Notes: generated from the letters alone by a model not told the origin. A stretch of 64,000 nt of DNA from an uncultured Methanosarcinaceae archaeon (GCA_963847185.1 CAWJYV010000004.1:192001-256000), one strand, 5' to 3'; shown: positions 18,800-30,229, counted from the stretch's first letter. A program made the numbers and translations.

Positions 18800-21076
18800 T
18801 TACTTATTTTTTGAATGTAAAATCAAATTTTTCAACTCATAAATCTTATCAGCTACAAGCTTGGGAACATCTGTTTCGATTTCATAAGAAGCAAGTAATG
18901 GAATTATCGGAATAGCAACTTTTAGTTTTTGTGTTGTACTCATAGGAGAATATAACTCATAGAGCACTTCATCGATCTTTCCTTTCATCTTAGGCATATC
19001 ATTCTTAATCTCTTCCAGATTTCTTTGGATAGTATCAAGATATTCTTGTGGATTTTGCAGTTCATCTAATGATTCCATTAAGCTATCAACTGAAACTCGT
19101 AAATACTTAATTTCGCTTAAAATCGGAATTGTTTTTTCGGATACTTGTATATTTATTATTTGTGGAATCAGGTTGTTGAGTAGAGTATACTGTTTCACTA
19201 TATCTGGTTCTCGAAAAATTCTGTCAACTCTATTAAGGATTAGACTATTCTCCTCAATGGTAGGAATATATGATTTAAGCATAAAAACGAGACTTTCAAT
19301 TTGTGGCGCAAGATATTCCTGGCTACCAATTTCCCATTTCTGAACTTCTCGACTAACAGCACATGCAATTTCTTGTGTTGGAGTACCTTGAGAGACCTGA
19401 CATGCAGTTTTTGCTTTTTCCTGAATTTCTTCGAGAAGGGAGTTTAATCTTCTTTTAAGAATAGGAAGCCCTCTTCTCAGTACTTCTGTCGCGTAAGGAG
19501 ACGTTTGTTCAGTTTCGGACATTAAATCTGCAGCCCGTTCACAATATAGCATGTAATGACTAAGGTCCTCTTTATTATCTTCTAAGCTTCTATTAAGACT
19601 TTGGACTTCCTTTAATGCTTTTGCTAGATTATCTACTGCTTCTAAAAGAATTTGTTTGTTTTTGGATTTTTTAATCGCACTTCTAGCCTCTACAAGATAT
19701 TTGTCAACCTCTTCTTTTACCTGCTTTTTTTCCTCGGAAATTATTGAGAAGAATGAACGGTAAAATGGTAGACAAAACTGTGATGGATTATAGATAGTAG
19801 ACTCCTTTGAAGCTTTTTCAAAAAATGCGATAGCCTGCTCGAAATCTCTCCTGTAGTCACTTTCATTCTCTGCTTGGGAAGTTTTGAGTATGGAAATTTT
19901 TCCTAGAGAGTAGTAAGCGTTTCTCCTAACACCAATATCTTCGTCAACAGTTAGTTCTATCAATTCTTCCCAAAAATGTTGTTGGTCAGGAAGTTGAGAG
20001 TATATAAAACTAAGAGTAGACGAGATTGTTTCTTTTACATTTCTATCTTTATTTTTCATACATTTATGCAAATCTTGACTTAGCTTATGTTTATCTGAAA
20101 CTAAATGAAAAGTGGAAACTAGGGCATCAGCTACGTTTCTTCTCACATCTATATCTTTGTGCGCTGTGAGTCTAAGGAGATCTTCCCAAGCTTTTTCCTT
20201 ATTGTTTACCATTGGAATAGCAGACTTTAAAGCACTTGCTACGATTTTTCTTGCTTGAGAATTTCCAGAGGTAACTTCAATTAAGTCTTCCCATGCTTTT
20301 TGTTTATCGGGGGTAAACGGAAAATTCTGCATTAGTGCATTCGAAGCAATCGTTCTTACTGTACTGTCTTTATCATAGGTGAATTTGATTAGGTATTCCC
20401 ATATCAGTTGTTTGTCTGGAGCCGATGAATAATCAGAGGTAACTGCACTTAACGCAGCTCTTTTATCCTGAATATCTTTATCTTTAATTAATTCGATTAG
20501 ATCTTCCCAAGCTTTACGTTTCCCACAAACATATGGAAAAATGTAATTAACACTATTCGCAGAAATTGTTTTTACCTCTATTTCCTCATATTTTGTGAGT
20601 AGAATAAGAGTTTCCCAAGCTTTTTGTTTATCTTCGCGCCTGACAATGTTTGAACAAAGAATATTGGTTGCAGTACGTAGATTGTTCTTAGTTGTACTAT
20701 CTGTAAGTTGTAGTAAATTTGCCCATGCATTTTCTTTATCTGGTGAATTTGAAAAAATAGAAATCATAGAGGTTCTTACTGTTTTATCTGCTTTAATTTC
20801 ATTAAAATCAACTAGTTTAGTTATATCTAACCACGCTTTTTCCTTGTCAGGAACAAGTGGAAAAGCTGAACTTAAAATTAATGGCATGCAGTGTCTTAGT
20901 CTATAATCTCCATTAATCACCATTTTTGCTGTTAACGACACTAAATCTTCCCATGCTTTTTGTTTGTCAGGAACTTGAGGAAGAAGTTGAATAATATTGC
21001 GTCTTACACTAGAAGCGTATTCAAGGACTGAGATTTCAAATATTTCCAATAACTGTTTCCAGTTTTCATCATTCAT
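18800..21076 (-). CDS. HEAT-like repeat protein
   Basis: About 9-10 repeats of about 38-39 aa, (P)DKQKAWEDLxxLxxDxDxxVR; C-terminus shared with 15216..16754. Confidence 0.85.
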   Translation of the reverse strand: MNDENWKQLLEIFEISVLEYASSVRRNIIQLLPQVPDKQKAWEDLVSLTAKMVINGDYRLRHCMPLILSSAFPLVPDKEKAWLDITKLVDFNEIKADKTVRTSMISIFSNSPDKENAWANLLQLTDSTTKNNLRTATNILCSNIVRREDKQKAWETLILLTKYEEIEVKTISANSVNYIFPYVCGKRKAWEDLIELIKDKDIQDKRAALSAVTSDYSSAPDKQLIWEYLIKFTYDKDSTVRTIASNALMQNFPFTPDKQKAWEDLIEVTSGNSQARKIVASALKSAIPMVNNKEKAWEDLLRLTAHKDIDVRRNVADALVSTFHLVSDKHKLSQDLHKCMKNKDRNVKETISSTLSFIYSQLPDQQHFWEELIELTVDEDIGVRRNAYYSLGKISILKTSQAENESDYRRDFEQAIAFFEKASKESTIYNPSQFCLPFYRSFFSIISEEKKQVKEEVDKYLVEARSAIKKSKNKQILLEAVDNLAKALKEVQSLNRSLEDNKEDLSHYMLYCERAADLMSETEQTSPYATEVLRRGLPILKRRLNSLLEEIQEKAKTACQVSQGTPTQEIACAVSREVQKWEIGSQEYLAPQIESLVFMLKSYIPTIEENSLILNRVDRIFREPDIVKQYTLLNNLIPQIINIQVSEKTIPILSEIKYLRVSVDSLMESLDELQNPQEYLDTIQRNLEEIKNDMPKMKGKIDEVLYELYSPMSTTQKLKVAIPIIPLLASYEIETDVPKLVADKIYELKNLILHSKNK

Positions 21077-21389
21077 GAATTATAAAAATCTCCATCAGTT
21101 GTCACTAATTCTAAAAAGTTATAGCTTAAAATAGTTTCTAAATTGCTTTTTTAGATACTTACTTTAATCTCATTATTGATATCGAGAAGGCCCGTGCTAT
21201 GCACGGTGACAATAGCCGTTTAAGATAACTATCACTGTAACTCTAGCAAAGATACATCAGTCAACTGTTTTGGTTCTCTGGAAAAGAGAAACAATCAGAG
21301 GTCCAAAACTAGCCAAAATTATGTAGAAGAAGAGAAAAAAGCCACCTGCCCCTTGAAAATCAATAGGCAGGAGAAATTAAGAATCAACT

Positions 21390-22574
21390 TTATTTTCCCA
21401 TTACTTTCCTGTACATCCTTGCCTGGAATCCGTGATACTTCGCAAATCCTTCTGCATCCTTCTGGTCAATGGTCTGGCTGTCAAATGAAACCAGGTCTTC
21501 GGAATACAGGGCATTTGGAGAGCTGCGGGCAAGGATCGTGAGTGCGCCTTTGTAGAGCTTCACTTTCACTGTGCCTGTGACCCTTTCCTGGGACTTGTCG
21601 ATAAAGGCGTTGAGGTCGGCAAAGAGGGGATCGTCTACAAGGCCGGAGTAGGCCATTTCGGACCACTGCTCTTCAACGATTTTCTTGAATTTGAGTTCTC
21701 CGCGGGTCAGGACGAGTTTTTCGAGGTCTGCGTGGGCGGCAAGGAGGACGGTTGCAGCCGGGTGCTCGTAGTTCTCGCGGGCTTTAAGGCCAAGGACGCG
21801 GTCTTCGATCATGTCTGTCCTGCCGACTCCGTTCTCGCCTGCAATTGTATTCATTTTCTTGATCAGGGTGTAGCCGCTGAGTTTCTCGCCGTCAAGGGCA
21901 ACAGGGACTCCTGCTTCAAAGGCGATGTCAATAATCCTGGACTCGTTGGGGGCGTTTTCAGGGGATTTTGTCCACTCGTAGATCTCTTCCGGCGGGACAA
22001 AGGAGGGGTCTTCAAGCCTGCCGCCTTCGATACTGCGGCTCCAGATGTTTTCGTCAACGCTCCAGGGTTTGGATTTTGTGGCTTCGACCGGGATTCCGTG
22101 TTCTTTGGCATAGTTGATTTCCCATTCACGGGTCAGGTTCATATCCCGCATCGGGGCTACGACTTCCATGTCGGTCTGGCGGAAAACGGCTTCAAAACGG
22201 AGCTGGTCGTTGCCTTTTCCAGTGCAGCCGTGCGCAAGGGCAACTGCACCTTCTTTAATAGCGGCTTCAACCACTTTTTTTGCGATCAATGGGCGGGCGA
22301 CGGATGTGCCCATAACATAGCCTTCGTAATTGCCGTTGGCTTTGATCAGGGGGAAGATGTAGTCTCTTACGAATTCTTCCTTTGCATCGATCGTGTAGTG
22401 TTTGTTGCTAATCTTCTGGGCTTTGACATCAGCTTTCCTGATTTCTTCTTCAGGCTGGCCTACATCGACCGAGATTGTGATAACTTCGTCGTATCCGTAC
22501 TTTTCCTTGAGGATGGGAATGCACACTGATGTGTCAAGCCCTCCGGAATATGCAAGTGCAACTTTCTTTGCCAT
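21390..22574 (-). CDS. argG: Argininosuccinate synthase
   Basis: [36 protein letters not shown]. Confidence 0.97.
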   Translation of the reverse strand: MAKKVALAYSGGLDTSVCIPILKEKYGYDEVITISVDVGQPEEEIRKADVKAQKISNKHYTIDAKEEFVRDYIFPLIKANGNYEGYVMGTSVARPLIAKKVVEAAIKEGAVALAHGCTGKGNDQLRFEAVFRQTDMEVVAPMRDMNLTREWEINYAKEHGIPVEATKSKPWSVDENIWSRSIEGGRLEDPSFVPPEEIYEWTKSPENAPNESRIIDIAFEAGVPVALDGEKLSGYTLIKKMNTIAGENGVGRTDMIEDRVLGLKARENYEHPAATVLLAAHADLEKLVLTRGELKFKKIVEEQWSEMAYSGLVDDPLFADLNAFIDKSQERVTGTVKVKLYKGALTILARSSPNALYSEDLVSFDSQTIDQKDAEGFAKYHGFQARMYRKVMGK

Positions 22575-22588
22575 GTTTCTATTACCCC

Positions 22589-22644
22589 TTGTAACTTATG
22601 AATTGTAACTTATGAATTGTAACTTATGAATTGTAACTTATGGA
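22589..22644. repeat. 14-bp tandem repeat (TTGTAACTTATGAA) x4
   Basis: Read directly; the last unit has one mismatch. Confidence 0.9.
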
Positions 22645-22844
22645 TTAAAACAAATGAGAGTTATGAATAGAATAATTTCTGAATAAAATAATTTGTGAAT
22701 GGAATAGACTATGAATTAAGTAAGTTTCTGAATTTTAAATAAATCCATGAATTGAATAAATCCATGAGTTGAGTAAATTGAGTAAGTCAATGAATAGAAT
22801 TCATAGATAAAATAAATGACAGTAAAATTTGAAATAAATATCTG

Positions 22845-22866
22845 AGGATGGCAAAAAAGCCATCCT
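22845..22866. terminator. Perfect hairpin downstream of carB
   Basis: AGGATGGC-A6-GCCATCCT. Confidence 0.45.
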
Positions 22867-22940
22867 TTCCGGTTCAGAATTTCTGCATGAACTGCGGTTT
22901 AAGATTCGATTCAGGCCTTACTCGTCAGTGCCTGTTTTCA

Positions 22941-25900
22941 TTACTCACTCTTGTTTTCCTGTTCCATCTCTCTGTGATATTCATTGATGGATTTGATGGT
23001 CAGGTCCTTTCCTTTCTTCATGGTTTCAATCGCGTCGGCTGCTGCAACTGCTGCCTGGATTGTTGTGATATACGGGACTTTGAAGTCCACGGCTGCCCGC
23101 CTGATCTTGGAGCCATCCCTGCGGGATTGTTTGCTTGTTGGGGTGTTGATTATAAGGTCAACTTCGTCCCTGCGCATCATATCTATGACATTCGGGCTTC
23201 CGTCGCGGACTTTCTTAACCGTATCCATGAAAACGCCGTGCTGTGCAAGGTAGTTCACAGTGCCTCTTGTACCCATTAGTTGAAGGCCTGCTGCCTGGAG
23301 TTTCCTGGCTGCTTCCACAAGCTCGGGTTTGTCAGCGTTTCTGATTGAGAGGAAAACCTTTCCTGTAAGGGGCAGGAGATTGTCGGCTGCAAGTTCTGCC
23401 TTATAGTATGCCCTTCCGAAATCATAGTCAATTCCCATAACTTCGCCTGTGCTCTTCATTTCAGGGCCAAGGATGGGGTCTGCACCCGGAAGTTTGTCAA
23501 AGGGCAGGAGAACTTCTTTTATAGAAACGTGTTTGGGCTTTGGTTCTTCAGTATAGCCCAGGCTCTCCAAACTGTGCCCTGCAATGACTTTGGCCGCAAT
23601 CTTTGCAAGAGGGATTCCGACAGCTTTTGAGACAAAGGGAATTGTCCTGCTTGAGCGCGGATTTGCTTCAAGCACAAAGACCTTTCCTTCTTTTTCTGCC
23701 ATCTGTAGGTTAATCAGACCCTTGACTCTGAGGGCAAGAGCAACTTTACGGGTATATTCCCTGACCTGGGCAAGTACTTCAGCTGAGAGGGACTGAGGCG
23801 GGATTACGCAGGCTGAGTCTCCTGAGTGTACGCCTGCTTCTTCTATGTGCTCCATAATTGCCCCGATCAGCACATCTTTCTGGTCGCAGACTGCGTCCAC
23901 ATCAATTTCACAGGCGTCTTCCAGGAAGTCGTCAATAAGAATCGGGTGTTCCGGAGAAACCCTGACAGCTTCCTTCATGTAGCGTTCAAGGTCGATTTCA
24001 TCATAGACGATTTCCATTGCCCTGCCGCCTAACACGTAAGAGGGGCGCACAAGTACAGGGAAACCGATTCTCTTTGCAACTTCGATTGCTTCCTGCTGGG
24101 AAGTTGCATACCCGCCTTCAGGCTGCGGAACACCAATTTTTTGCATCAGGGTATAGAACTTCTCCCTGTCTTCGGCAAGGTCCATGTCCTCAGGGTCAGT
24201 GCCCATGATTACAGTATCAAGGTCTGTCCTGCGCTTTAATTCCCGTTTCAGAGGGAGCGCAAGGTTTACCGAAGTCTGTCCTCCGAACTGCACAAGAACT
24301 CCATCAGGCCTCTCCCTCTCGATAACGTTCATTACATATTCCAGGGTAAGGGGCTCAAAAAAAAGCTTGTCAGAGGTATCGAAGTCAGTTGATACGGTTT
24401 CAGGGTTGTTGTTAATAATATGGGTTTCAATGCCTTCTTCCCTGAGTGCGGTAACTGCGTGCACGGTACAGTAGTCGAATTCGATTCCCTGCCCTATTCT
24501 GATCGGCCCTGCGCCAAGGATGAGGATCTTCTTCTTGTCTGCAGGGTTTGTTTCGCAGGTATCTTCGTAAGTGGAGTAATAATAAGGAGTAGCTGCCTGG
24601 AACTCGGCTGCACAGGTGTCTACCATCTTGAAGGTAGCGAGAATTCCTGCCTCATGCCTGAGGTCGCTTATCTCTTCTCTGGTCTTTCCAGTCAATTCTG
24701 CGAGCCGGCTGTCAGGAATGCCCATTTTCTTTGCTTGGCGCAGAAGCTCTGTGTTTAACTCTTCTGTCCTTATGCGCTTTTCCATGTCCACGATCTTTTT
24801 CATTTTTGAAATGAAGAAAGGATTAATACTTGAAAGTTCGGCAATTTCTTTTACCGACATACCTTTTTCAAGCGCATGGTAAATGACAAAGAGGCGTTCG
24901 CTTGTGGGAGTCTTTAAAAGAGTTTTGATTTCCGGTTCATCCCAGTGTTTTATCCCCAGCTGGGAGTCGATATCAAGGGACTTGAAAGCTTTCAACATGG
25001 ACTCTTCAATTGTCCTGCCTATTGCCATGACTTCTCCCGTACTCTTCATGGCTGTGGTCAGGGTCTTGTCTGCAGTAACGAATTTGTCAAAAGGCCACCT
25101 TGGGATTTTGGTAATCACGTAATCCAGAGCAGGTTCAAAAGAAGCAGGGGTGCTCATGGTAACGTTATTTATGATCTCATCAAGGCTCATTCCGATTGCA
25201 ATCTTTGCGGTCACACGGGCAATAGGGTATCCTGTAGCTTTGGACGCGAGGGCTGATGACCTGGAAACCCTGGGATTTACTTCGACAATGCGGTAATCGC
25301 CTTCCTTTAAAGCGTACTGAATATTGCACCCACCTTCGATCTTGAGGGCACGGATGATTTTAATCGAGGCACTCCTGAGCATCTGGTGCTCTGCATCGGT
25401 CAGAGTCTGGGAAGGGGCAACGACTGCTGATTCACCTGTATGTACGCCCATGGGATCAATATTTTCCATGTTACAGATAACAATACAGGTATCGTTTGCA
25501 TCCCTCATTACCTCGTACTCAACCTCTGCCCATCCAAGTACGCTTTCTTCTATAAGTACCTGGGATATGCGGCTGCGCCTGAGCCCGCGTTCCGTGATTT
25601 CAAGAAGCTCTTCCTTTGTGCGGGCAATTCCGCCGCCAGCCCCACCAAGAGTATAGGCTGGACGGATGATTAAGGGAAGGCCGAGTTCTTCAACAACCTC
25701 TTCGGCTTCTTTTAAGGTATGGACTGCCCTGCTTAGAGGCACTTTTTCCCCTATCCTGAGCATTGTCTCTTTGAAGAGTTCCCGGTCTTCCGTATTTTTA
25801 ATGGCTTCAACAGGAGTTCCAAGGATCTGGACTCCGTATTTTTCAAATACACCCATTTCTGCAAGTTCACTGGTAATATTCAGGCCTGTCTGCCCTCCAA

Positions 25901-26168
25901 TACCTGCAATAATCCCGTCAGGGCGTTCTTTTTCTATGATCCTCTCTATAATTTTGGCATCAAGGGGTTCGATATAGACCGAGTCAGCCATTTCCGGATC
26001 TGTCATAATGGTTGCAGGGTTTGAGTTTACGAGTACAACCTGCAAGCCTTCTTCTTTTAAGGACCTGCACGCCTGGCTGCCTGAGAAGTCGAATTCCGCA
26101 GCCTGTCCGATAGTGATCGGTCCTGAACCTATAAGCAAAACTTTCTTTATGTCCTCGCGTTTGGGCAT
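22941..26168 (-). CDS. carB: Carbamoyl-phosphate synthase large subunit
   Basis: MPKR.DIKKVLLIGSGPI.IGQAAEFD; duplicated ATP-grasp domains; C-terminal MGS domain. Confidence 0.98.
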   Translation of the reverse strand: MPKREDIKKVLLIGSGPITIGQAAEFDFSGSQACRSLKEEGLQVVLVNSNPATIMTDPEMADSVYIEPLDAKIIERIIEKERPDGIIAGIGGQTGLNITSELAEMGVFEKYGVQILGTPVEAIKNTEDRELFKETMLRIGEKVPLSRAVHTLKEAEEVVEELGLPLIIRPAYTLGGAGGGIARTKEELLEITERGLRRSRISQVLIEESVLGWAEVEYEVMRDANDTCIVICNMENIDPMGVHTGESAVVAPSQTLTDAEHQMLRSASIKIIRALKIEGGCNIQYALKEGDYRIVEVNPRVSRSSALASKATGYPIARVTAKIAIGMSLDEIINNVTMSTPASFEPALDYVITKIPRWPFDKFVTADKTLTTAMKSTGEVMAIGRTIEESMLKAFKSLDIDSQLGIKHWDEPEIKTLLKTPTSERLFVIYHALEKGMSVKEIAELSSINPFFISKMKKIVDMEKRIRTEELNTELLRQAKKMGIPDSRLAELTGKTREEISDLRHEAGILATFKMVDTCAAEFQAATPYYYSTYEDTCETNPADKKKILILGAGPIRIGQGIEFDYCTVHAVTALREEGIETHIINNNPETVSTDFDTSDKLFFEPLTLEYVMNVIERERPDGVLVQFGGQTSVNLALPLKRELKRRTDLDTVIMGTDPEDMDLAEDREKFYTLMQKIGVPQPEGGYATSQQEAIEVAKRIGFPVLVRPSYVLGGRAMEIVYDEIDLERYMKEAVRVSPEHPILIDDFLEDACEIDVDAVCDQKDVLIGAIMEHIEEAGVHSGDSACVIPPQSLSAEVLAQVREYTRKVALALRVKGLINLQMAEKEGKVFVLEANPRSSRTIPFVSKAVGIPLAKIAAKVIAGHSLESLGYTEEPKPKHVSIKEVLLPFDKLPGADPILGPEMKSTGEVMGIDYDFGRAYYKAELAADNLLPLTGKVFLSIRNADKPELVEAARKLQAAGLQLMGTRGTVNYLAQHGVFMDTVKKVRDGSPNVIDMMRRDEVDLIINTPTSKQSRRDGSKIRRAAVDFKVPYITTIQAAVAAADAIETMKKGKDLTIKSINEYHREMEQENKSE

Positions 26169-27277
26169 TAAATTCCACCCCCAAGGACCTTTACAACCTT
26201 GCCGAAGAACGTTTCCTCGGTATCCATTGGCCCTGCCTGAGCTTCAGGGTGGAACTGCACACTGAAAACATCAAGGTCTTTGTGGGAAACTCCTTCTACG
26301 GTCTTGTCGTTTGCGTTCATGTATTTCACATAAAGTCCTGTCCCGTCGAGGGAGTCCGCATCAACGGCATACCCATGGTTCTGGGAGGTTATGAAAACCT
26401 TGTTTTCGATAAGGTCCTTTACGGGCTGGTTTCCTCCCCTGTGCCCGAATTTCAGTTTGTAAGTCCTTGCTCCCATAGCAAGGGAGATGATCTGATGCCC
26501 GAAGCAGATTCCGCAGACAGGAATCGTACCTGCAAAGGCCTTTACGGCATTTATTGCATCCCTTGCTTTTTCCGGGTCTCCGGGCCCGTTTGAGATGAAA
26601 AGGAGGTCTGGGTCATAACCTGCAATTTCTGAGGGTTTTGTAGTTGCAGGGACCAGGGTAAGATCAATTCCTCTCTTATGCAGGTTGTTTATAATATTCC
26701 TCTTTATCCCGAGGTCAACCACAACCGCATGTTTTGGTTTCCCGCTGCCTTTCCAGGCACCTTCAACTCCAGGGATAAAACGGGGTTCCTTGCAGGTTAC
26801 ACTGGCAATAAGTTCTTCGTCCGTAATCTGTGGGAAATTCCTTGCCATCTCGACAGCTTCTTCCCCGTCGTCGCTGCCTGTGATCAGAGCTGCACGCATG
26901 GTACCGCGCTCCCTTGTCTTTATAGTGAGCATACGGCTGTCCACGCCTTCTATTCCTGGCTTTCCTTCATCTTCTAAAAATTTGTGAATGGAACGGGTTG
27001 ATTTATAGTGATAGGGATTTTTGCAAGCTTCCCTTACAACAAGTCCCTCTGCATGAATATTATCGGACTGGACGCGCTCCCCGCTGACACCATAATTTCC
27101 GATAAGAGGGTAAGTAAACATCAATATTTGACCCTTGTAGGAGGGGTCTGTCAGAGCCTCCTCATATCCCGTGAATTGAGTGGTAAAAACAAGTTCGCCG
27201 CAAGCTGTGCCTTCGGCACCAAAACCGGTGCCCTTAATAACTGTTCCGTCTTCTAAGCCTATTACTGCTTTCATCAT
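26168..27277 (-). CDS. carA: Carbamoyl-phosphate synthase small subunit
   Basis: SNGPGDP, GICFGHQ, SQNHGYAV, VQFHPEA; TAATG overlap with carB. Confidence 0.97.
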   Translation of the reverse strand: MMKAVIGLEDGTVIKGTGFGAEGTACGELVFTTQFTGYEEALTDPSYKGQILMFTYPLIGNYGVSGERVQSDNIHAEGLVVREACKNPYHYKSTRSIHKFLEDEGKPGIEGVDSRMLTIKTRERGTMRAALITGSDDGEEAVEMARNFPQITDEELIASVTCKEPRFIPGVEGAWKGSGKPKHAVVVDLGIKRNIINNLHKRGIDLTLVPATTKPSEIAGYDPDLLFISNGPGDPEKARDAINAVKAFAGTIPVCGICFGHQIISLAMGARTYKLKFGHRGGNQPVKDLIENKVFITSQNHGYAVDADSLDGTGLYVKYMNANDKTVEGVSHKDLDVFSVQFHPEAQAGPMDTEETFFGKVVKVLGGGI

Positions 27278-28130
27278 CTGAACCTGCGAGTAAATGTCAT
27301 AAGACATGTATAAGTGTTACGATGACTTTCCTGATTCCCTGAATCGCTGGCATTCATTGAGTTCTTTTATATATAAATCAACCAATTAAATTAACTAGCT
27401 TCTTAATCACCTTTTTTCCCTTTCAAATCCTTTTTTCTTAGATTTAAATTCTTATAAAATTTAGTCTGAAATAAAAACATCTTGTCTTCATGTTAGAAAT
27501 AAAATTTCAGTCTCATTGCCGCAACTGAGAAGATCAACTGCGCGACTACTGCCGGGATAATTGGAAGTATTTGAAAGCCTTACAGTATTGTGCGTAACTG
27601 ACTGTATCAATGCCTCCATTGTTAACACTGGCATATCAATTGGCAATATGGCAGTATTAAATTAGCAGTATTTATACTGGTGCAGATGCTGTCACGGTCA
27701 TCTGGTTGGGCAGGAAAAATTTGGCACGCTAGTTTTCAGGTAAGCATGAAAACCTGCCCTCAATTTAGTAAGATACGTAAGTTCAGAGGGGCAATACCGG
27801 AAAACGTTTACCTTTATGCTTTATTTATATGATTTACGTTCATATTTAATTTATATGAAACTTGGGATATATTAAAGAGAGGTTTTTCCTGGAAATGAGT
27901 GAAATGAGTGAATGTTTGACCTTCTAAAAGATCTACTACTTTATCGATCTCAAAGTATCTCATAGATTAAATTTTAATTAAAATTAAGGAGGGCAAGTTT
28001 TAGATCACTTATTAAAATCACTAAAAACCGAAAAACGTTGAATAACGAATGAATGTCTTATATGTGAAATATGTGAATTAGATGGAATATGAAGAAATAA
28101 TGAGTTTAATTAGAAGATCCAATCTTTTGA

Positions 28131-28457
28131 TCATTCAAATACAGGTATTTTATTTAAGGCTTCATCAATAAAGCATGAAACTTCTATCGGTTTGATTCCA
28201 TTCTTTATTAATTCTTTTTGTGGCCTGCTTCCAATTCTGGCGCAGAGCAAAGCTTTACAGTCAGAAATCAAATAAATTGTTCTGCTCAAGATCTCATCAG
28301 AATTCCCATGTTCAGATGAACCACATAAAGGTGTAGTCTCTCTGACTTCAATGAATTGTACTTTACCGCAATCGACCTCAAATATAAAAAAGCGAGATGC
28401 CTTTCCAAAATGCTGATTGACAACTTTTCCATCACTTGAAATAACAGCAACTTTCAT
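28131..28457 (-). CDS. NifB/NifX-family FeMo-cofactor-binding small protein
   Basis: MKVAV.S.DG..VNQHFGKA..F.IFEV, DC..LLCARIG. Confidence 0.85.
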   Translation of the reverse strand: MKVAVISSDGKVVNQHFGKASRFFIFEVDCGKVQFIEVRETTPLCGSSEHGNSDEILSRTIYLISDCKALLCARIGSRPQKELIKNGIKPIEVSCFIDEALNKIPVFE

Positions 28458-28681
28458 TTATTCATCTCATTTTTGTTTTATTGACGTTATTATTCTATTT
28501 GATAATTTATATAACGTTTAAATAAAAATCTACTTTTTATTTATGTTTTACCCGCCAAATTCGAACATAGCTGAGAATATATAAAATCTCTTTATAATTA
28601 TGTATTGTAGTTGATAAAAATCAGACAGAAGATACTGACTGAAGAAAGCAGAAAAAATCCTCGCATAATTGATATACCATC

Positions 28682-29167
28682 GTGACAATCTCTAAGGATA
28701 TGAATAGCAGCAAATCCGAAAACTCAATTTCATCTTCTCATGTTACAGGCAGTGAAGCTATTGAAAATCGCAAAAAAGCACTGGCAGGACAGAGAACTCC
28801 TACTTACGAATCAGCCACCTTTTCAAGACCTGCTGTCGACCAGTTAAACGGTATTCTGCCTGACTTTAACAGGAGGCTCTCTCCGGAAAAGGACCTCGGA
28901 CTTTCTCCTCTGGGACATTCCCGCCTTAGTCCCGAGACCTTTCCGAGACTTTTTTCTAGCTCCTTTATCGGGCTTTCAACTTCTGAGTTTCCGGAAACCC
29001 TGCCCAGAGATTTTGAAGAGCCTGTCGCAAAAGGATTTGATGCAAAGCCCGATCTCGCAGGAAGGACACTCAAAGGAGCAGAAGTCTGCTCTAAACGTTT
29101 AAGTTCAGACCTCCCGATTGCTCCCCTAGGAAGCAGGCTTGCAACTCTCAGGCAGAAAAAGGAATGA
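28682..29167 (+). CDS. Hypothetical Pro/Ser-rich protein
   Basis: 161-aa ORF behind an AT-rich TATA-containing region; no family recognised. Confidence 0.45.
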   Translation: MTISKDMNSSKSENSISSSHVTGSEAIENRKKALAGQRTPTYESATFSRPAVDQLNGILPDFNRRLSPEKDLGLSPLGHSRLSPETFPRLFSSSFIGLSTSEFPETLPRDFEEPVAKGFDAKPDLAGRTLKGAEVCSKRLSSDLPIAPLGSRLATLRQKKE

Positions 29168-29756
29168 AGGGAACCAGAAACTAAGGAATCCGGAAAACTA
29201 AGGAATCCGGAAATGGCAGAGGATGCCGACAAGGAAGAAAACAAACTCATAAAACTTTACTCCGAAATTATAAAGTTTTGATCCTATCTTATAAAACCTT
29301 AATCAGCTTAGTCTGATTTTCTTTTTTTGAACCAGATTAATTTCTTTAAAAGGGTTCATTTTCGGAAAAACTGCTGCATTTGAGCTGTTTCAATTAAATC
29401 ACTGCAATGAAACTTTTTGCTTGCGTGAAAAAATACTATATAATATATTACCTGAAAGATACCATTATCCCTAAGAGGCTTAAGGCGATTGACAGCGTAG
29501 TTATGAACATAATCAAAGCTGAACTTTCATATTCAGTCTGGCCTGTGTTTTTTTGATCCATAATATCAAATATGCACTAACTGTTTAAAAAACCTTTCTA
29601 TTTTTTGAGTAGTCTGAACATAAATATAAGTTATAGATCAAGATCATAAGGCTGCTTATATTTTAAAAAAATGAAATTATGAGGGCGTTAGTATATACAA
29701 AATATAATTATGTAGGAAAAGTTAGAATTTGCCTTTCAAGTAAACTTGCTGATATT

Positions 29757-29925
29757 TCACTTTGATCTGGATTTTGACCAAAGATAGCTCTTTTTAACGT
29801 TTTTTCCATATTTTTTCGAAAGATATTCAGCATAGATTTTTAAATCATCTGTTACAAAAAGAGATTTTGAATCTGAAAGATGTTTATCTGTAACTTCTAT
29901 CAATTCATCTGCTATATAATATCTG
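29757..29925 (-). pseudogene. Possible transposase fragment
   Basis: ADELIEVTDKHLSDSKSLFVTDDLKIYAEYLSKKYGK resembles the FVTDG..Y catalytic region of IS1/IS6-like transposases. Confidence 0.35.
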
Positions 29926-29971
29926 AACAAAAAGGTGAATGTGCCCATTCTGCCAGATTTATCTTTGTCTT

Positions 29972-30229
29972 TTATGGTCTTTCTTTTTTAGATATCTTAT
30001 TTAAGGCTATCACAAATGTTAAGAAAAATATTAGAGCAACCAATATTATATTTACAGGGCTGCTTAAGTCTGAATAGTTGTTTACAAAAGCACCAGTAAG
30101 AGCATAGGTGGTACCATAAGTGTCATCCGGGTGCAGTCCATAGTAAGCTGCCTCTAGAAGTAATGCCATAAAGGATATTAAACTGGCAATCAGAAAACTG
30201 CGTAGTATAGTGTCAAACCTCATTCTCAA
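29972..30229 (-). CDS. Small hypothetical membrane protein
   Basis: Two hydrophobic segments. Confidence 0.5.
   Translation of the reverse strand: MRMRFDTILRSFLIASLISFMALLLEAAYYGLHPDDTYGTTYALTGAFVNNYSDLSSPVNIILVALIFFLTFVIALNKISKKERP

Noticed and set aside
21481-27256. Many opposite-strand or alternate-frame ORFs over argG, carB and carA (likewise over aspS, rpiA, the thermosome gene and the kinase)
   Set aside because: These are shadow ORFs of well-supported genes with no recognisable motifs.
28131-28457. NifX-like gene as evidence of a nitrogenase cluster
   Set aside because: No nifHDK or nifB nearby; stand-alone members of this family are common in methanogens.
29177-29213. 17-bp tandem duplication AAACTAAGGAATCCGGA (similar short duplications near 34185-34237 and 53600-53700)
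   Set aside because: Ordinary slippage duplications in intergenic DNA with no further structure.
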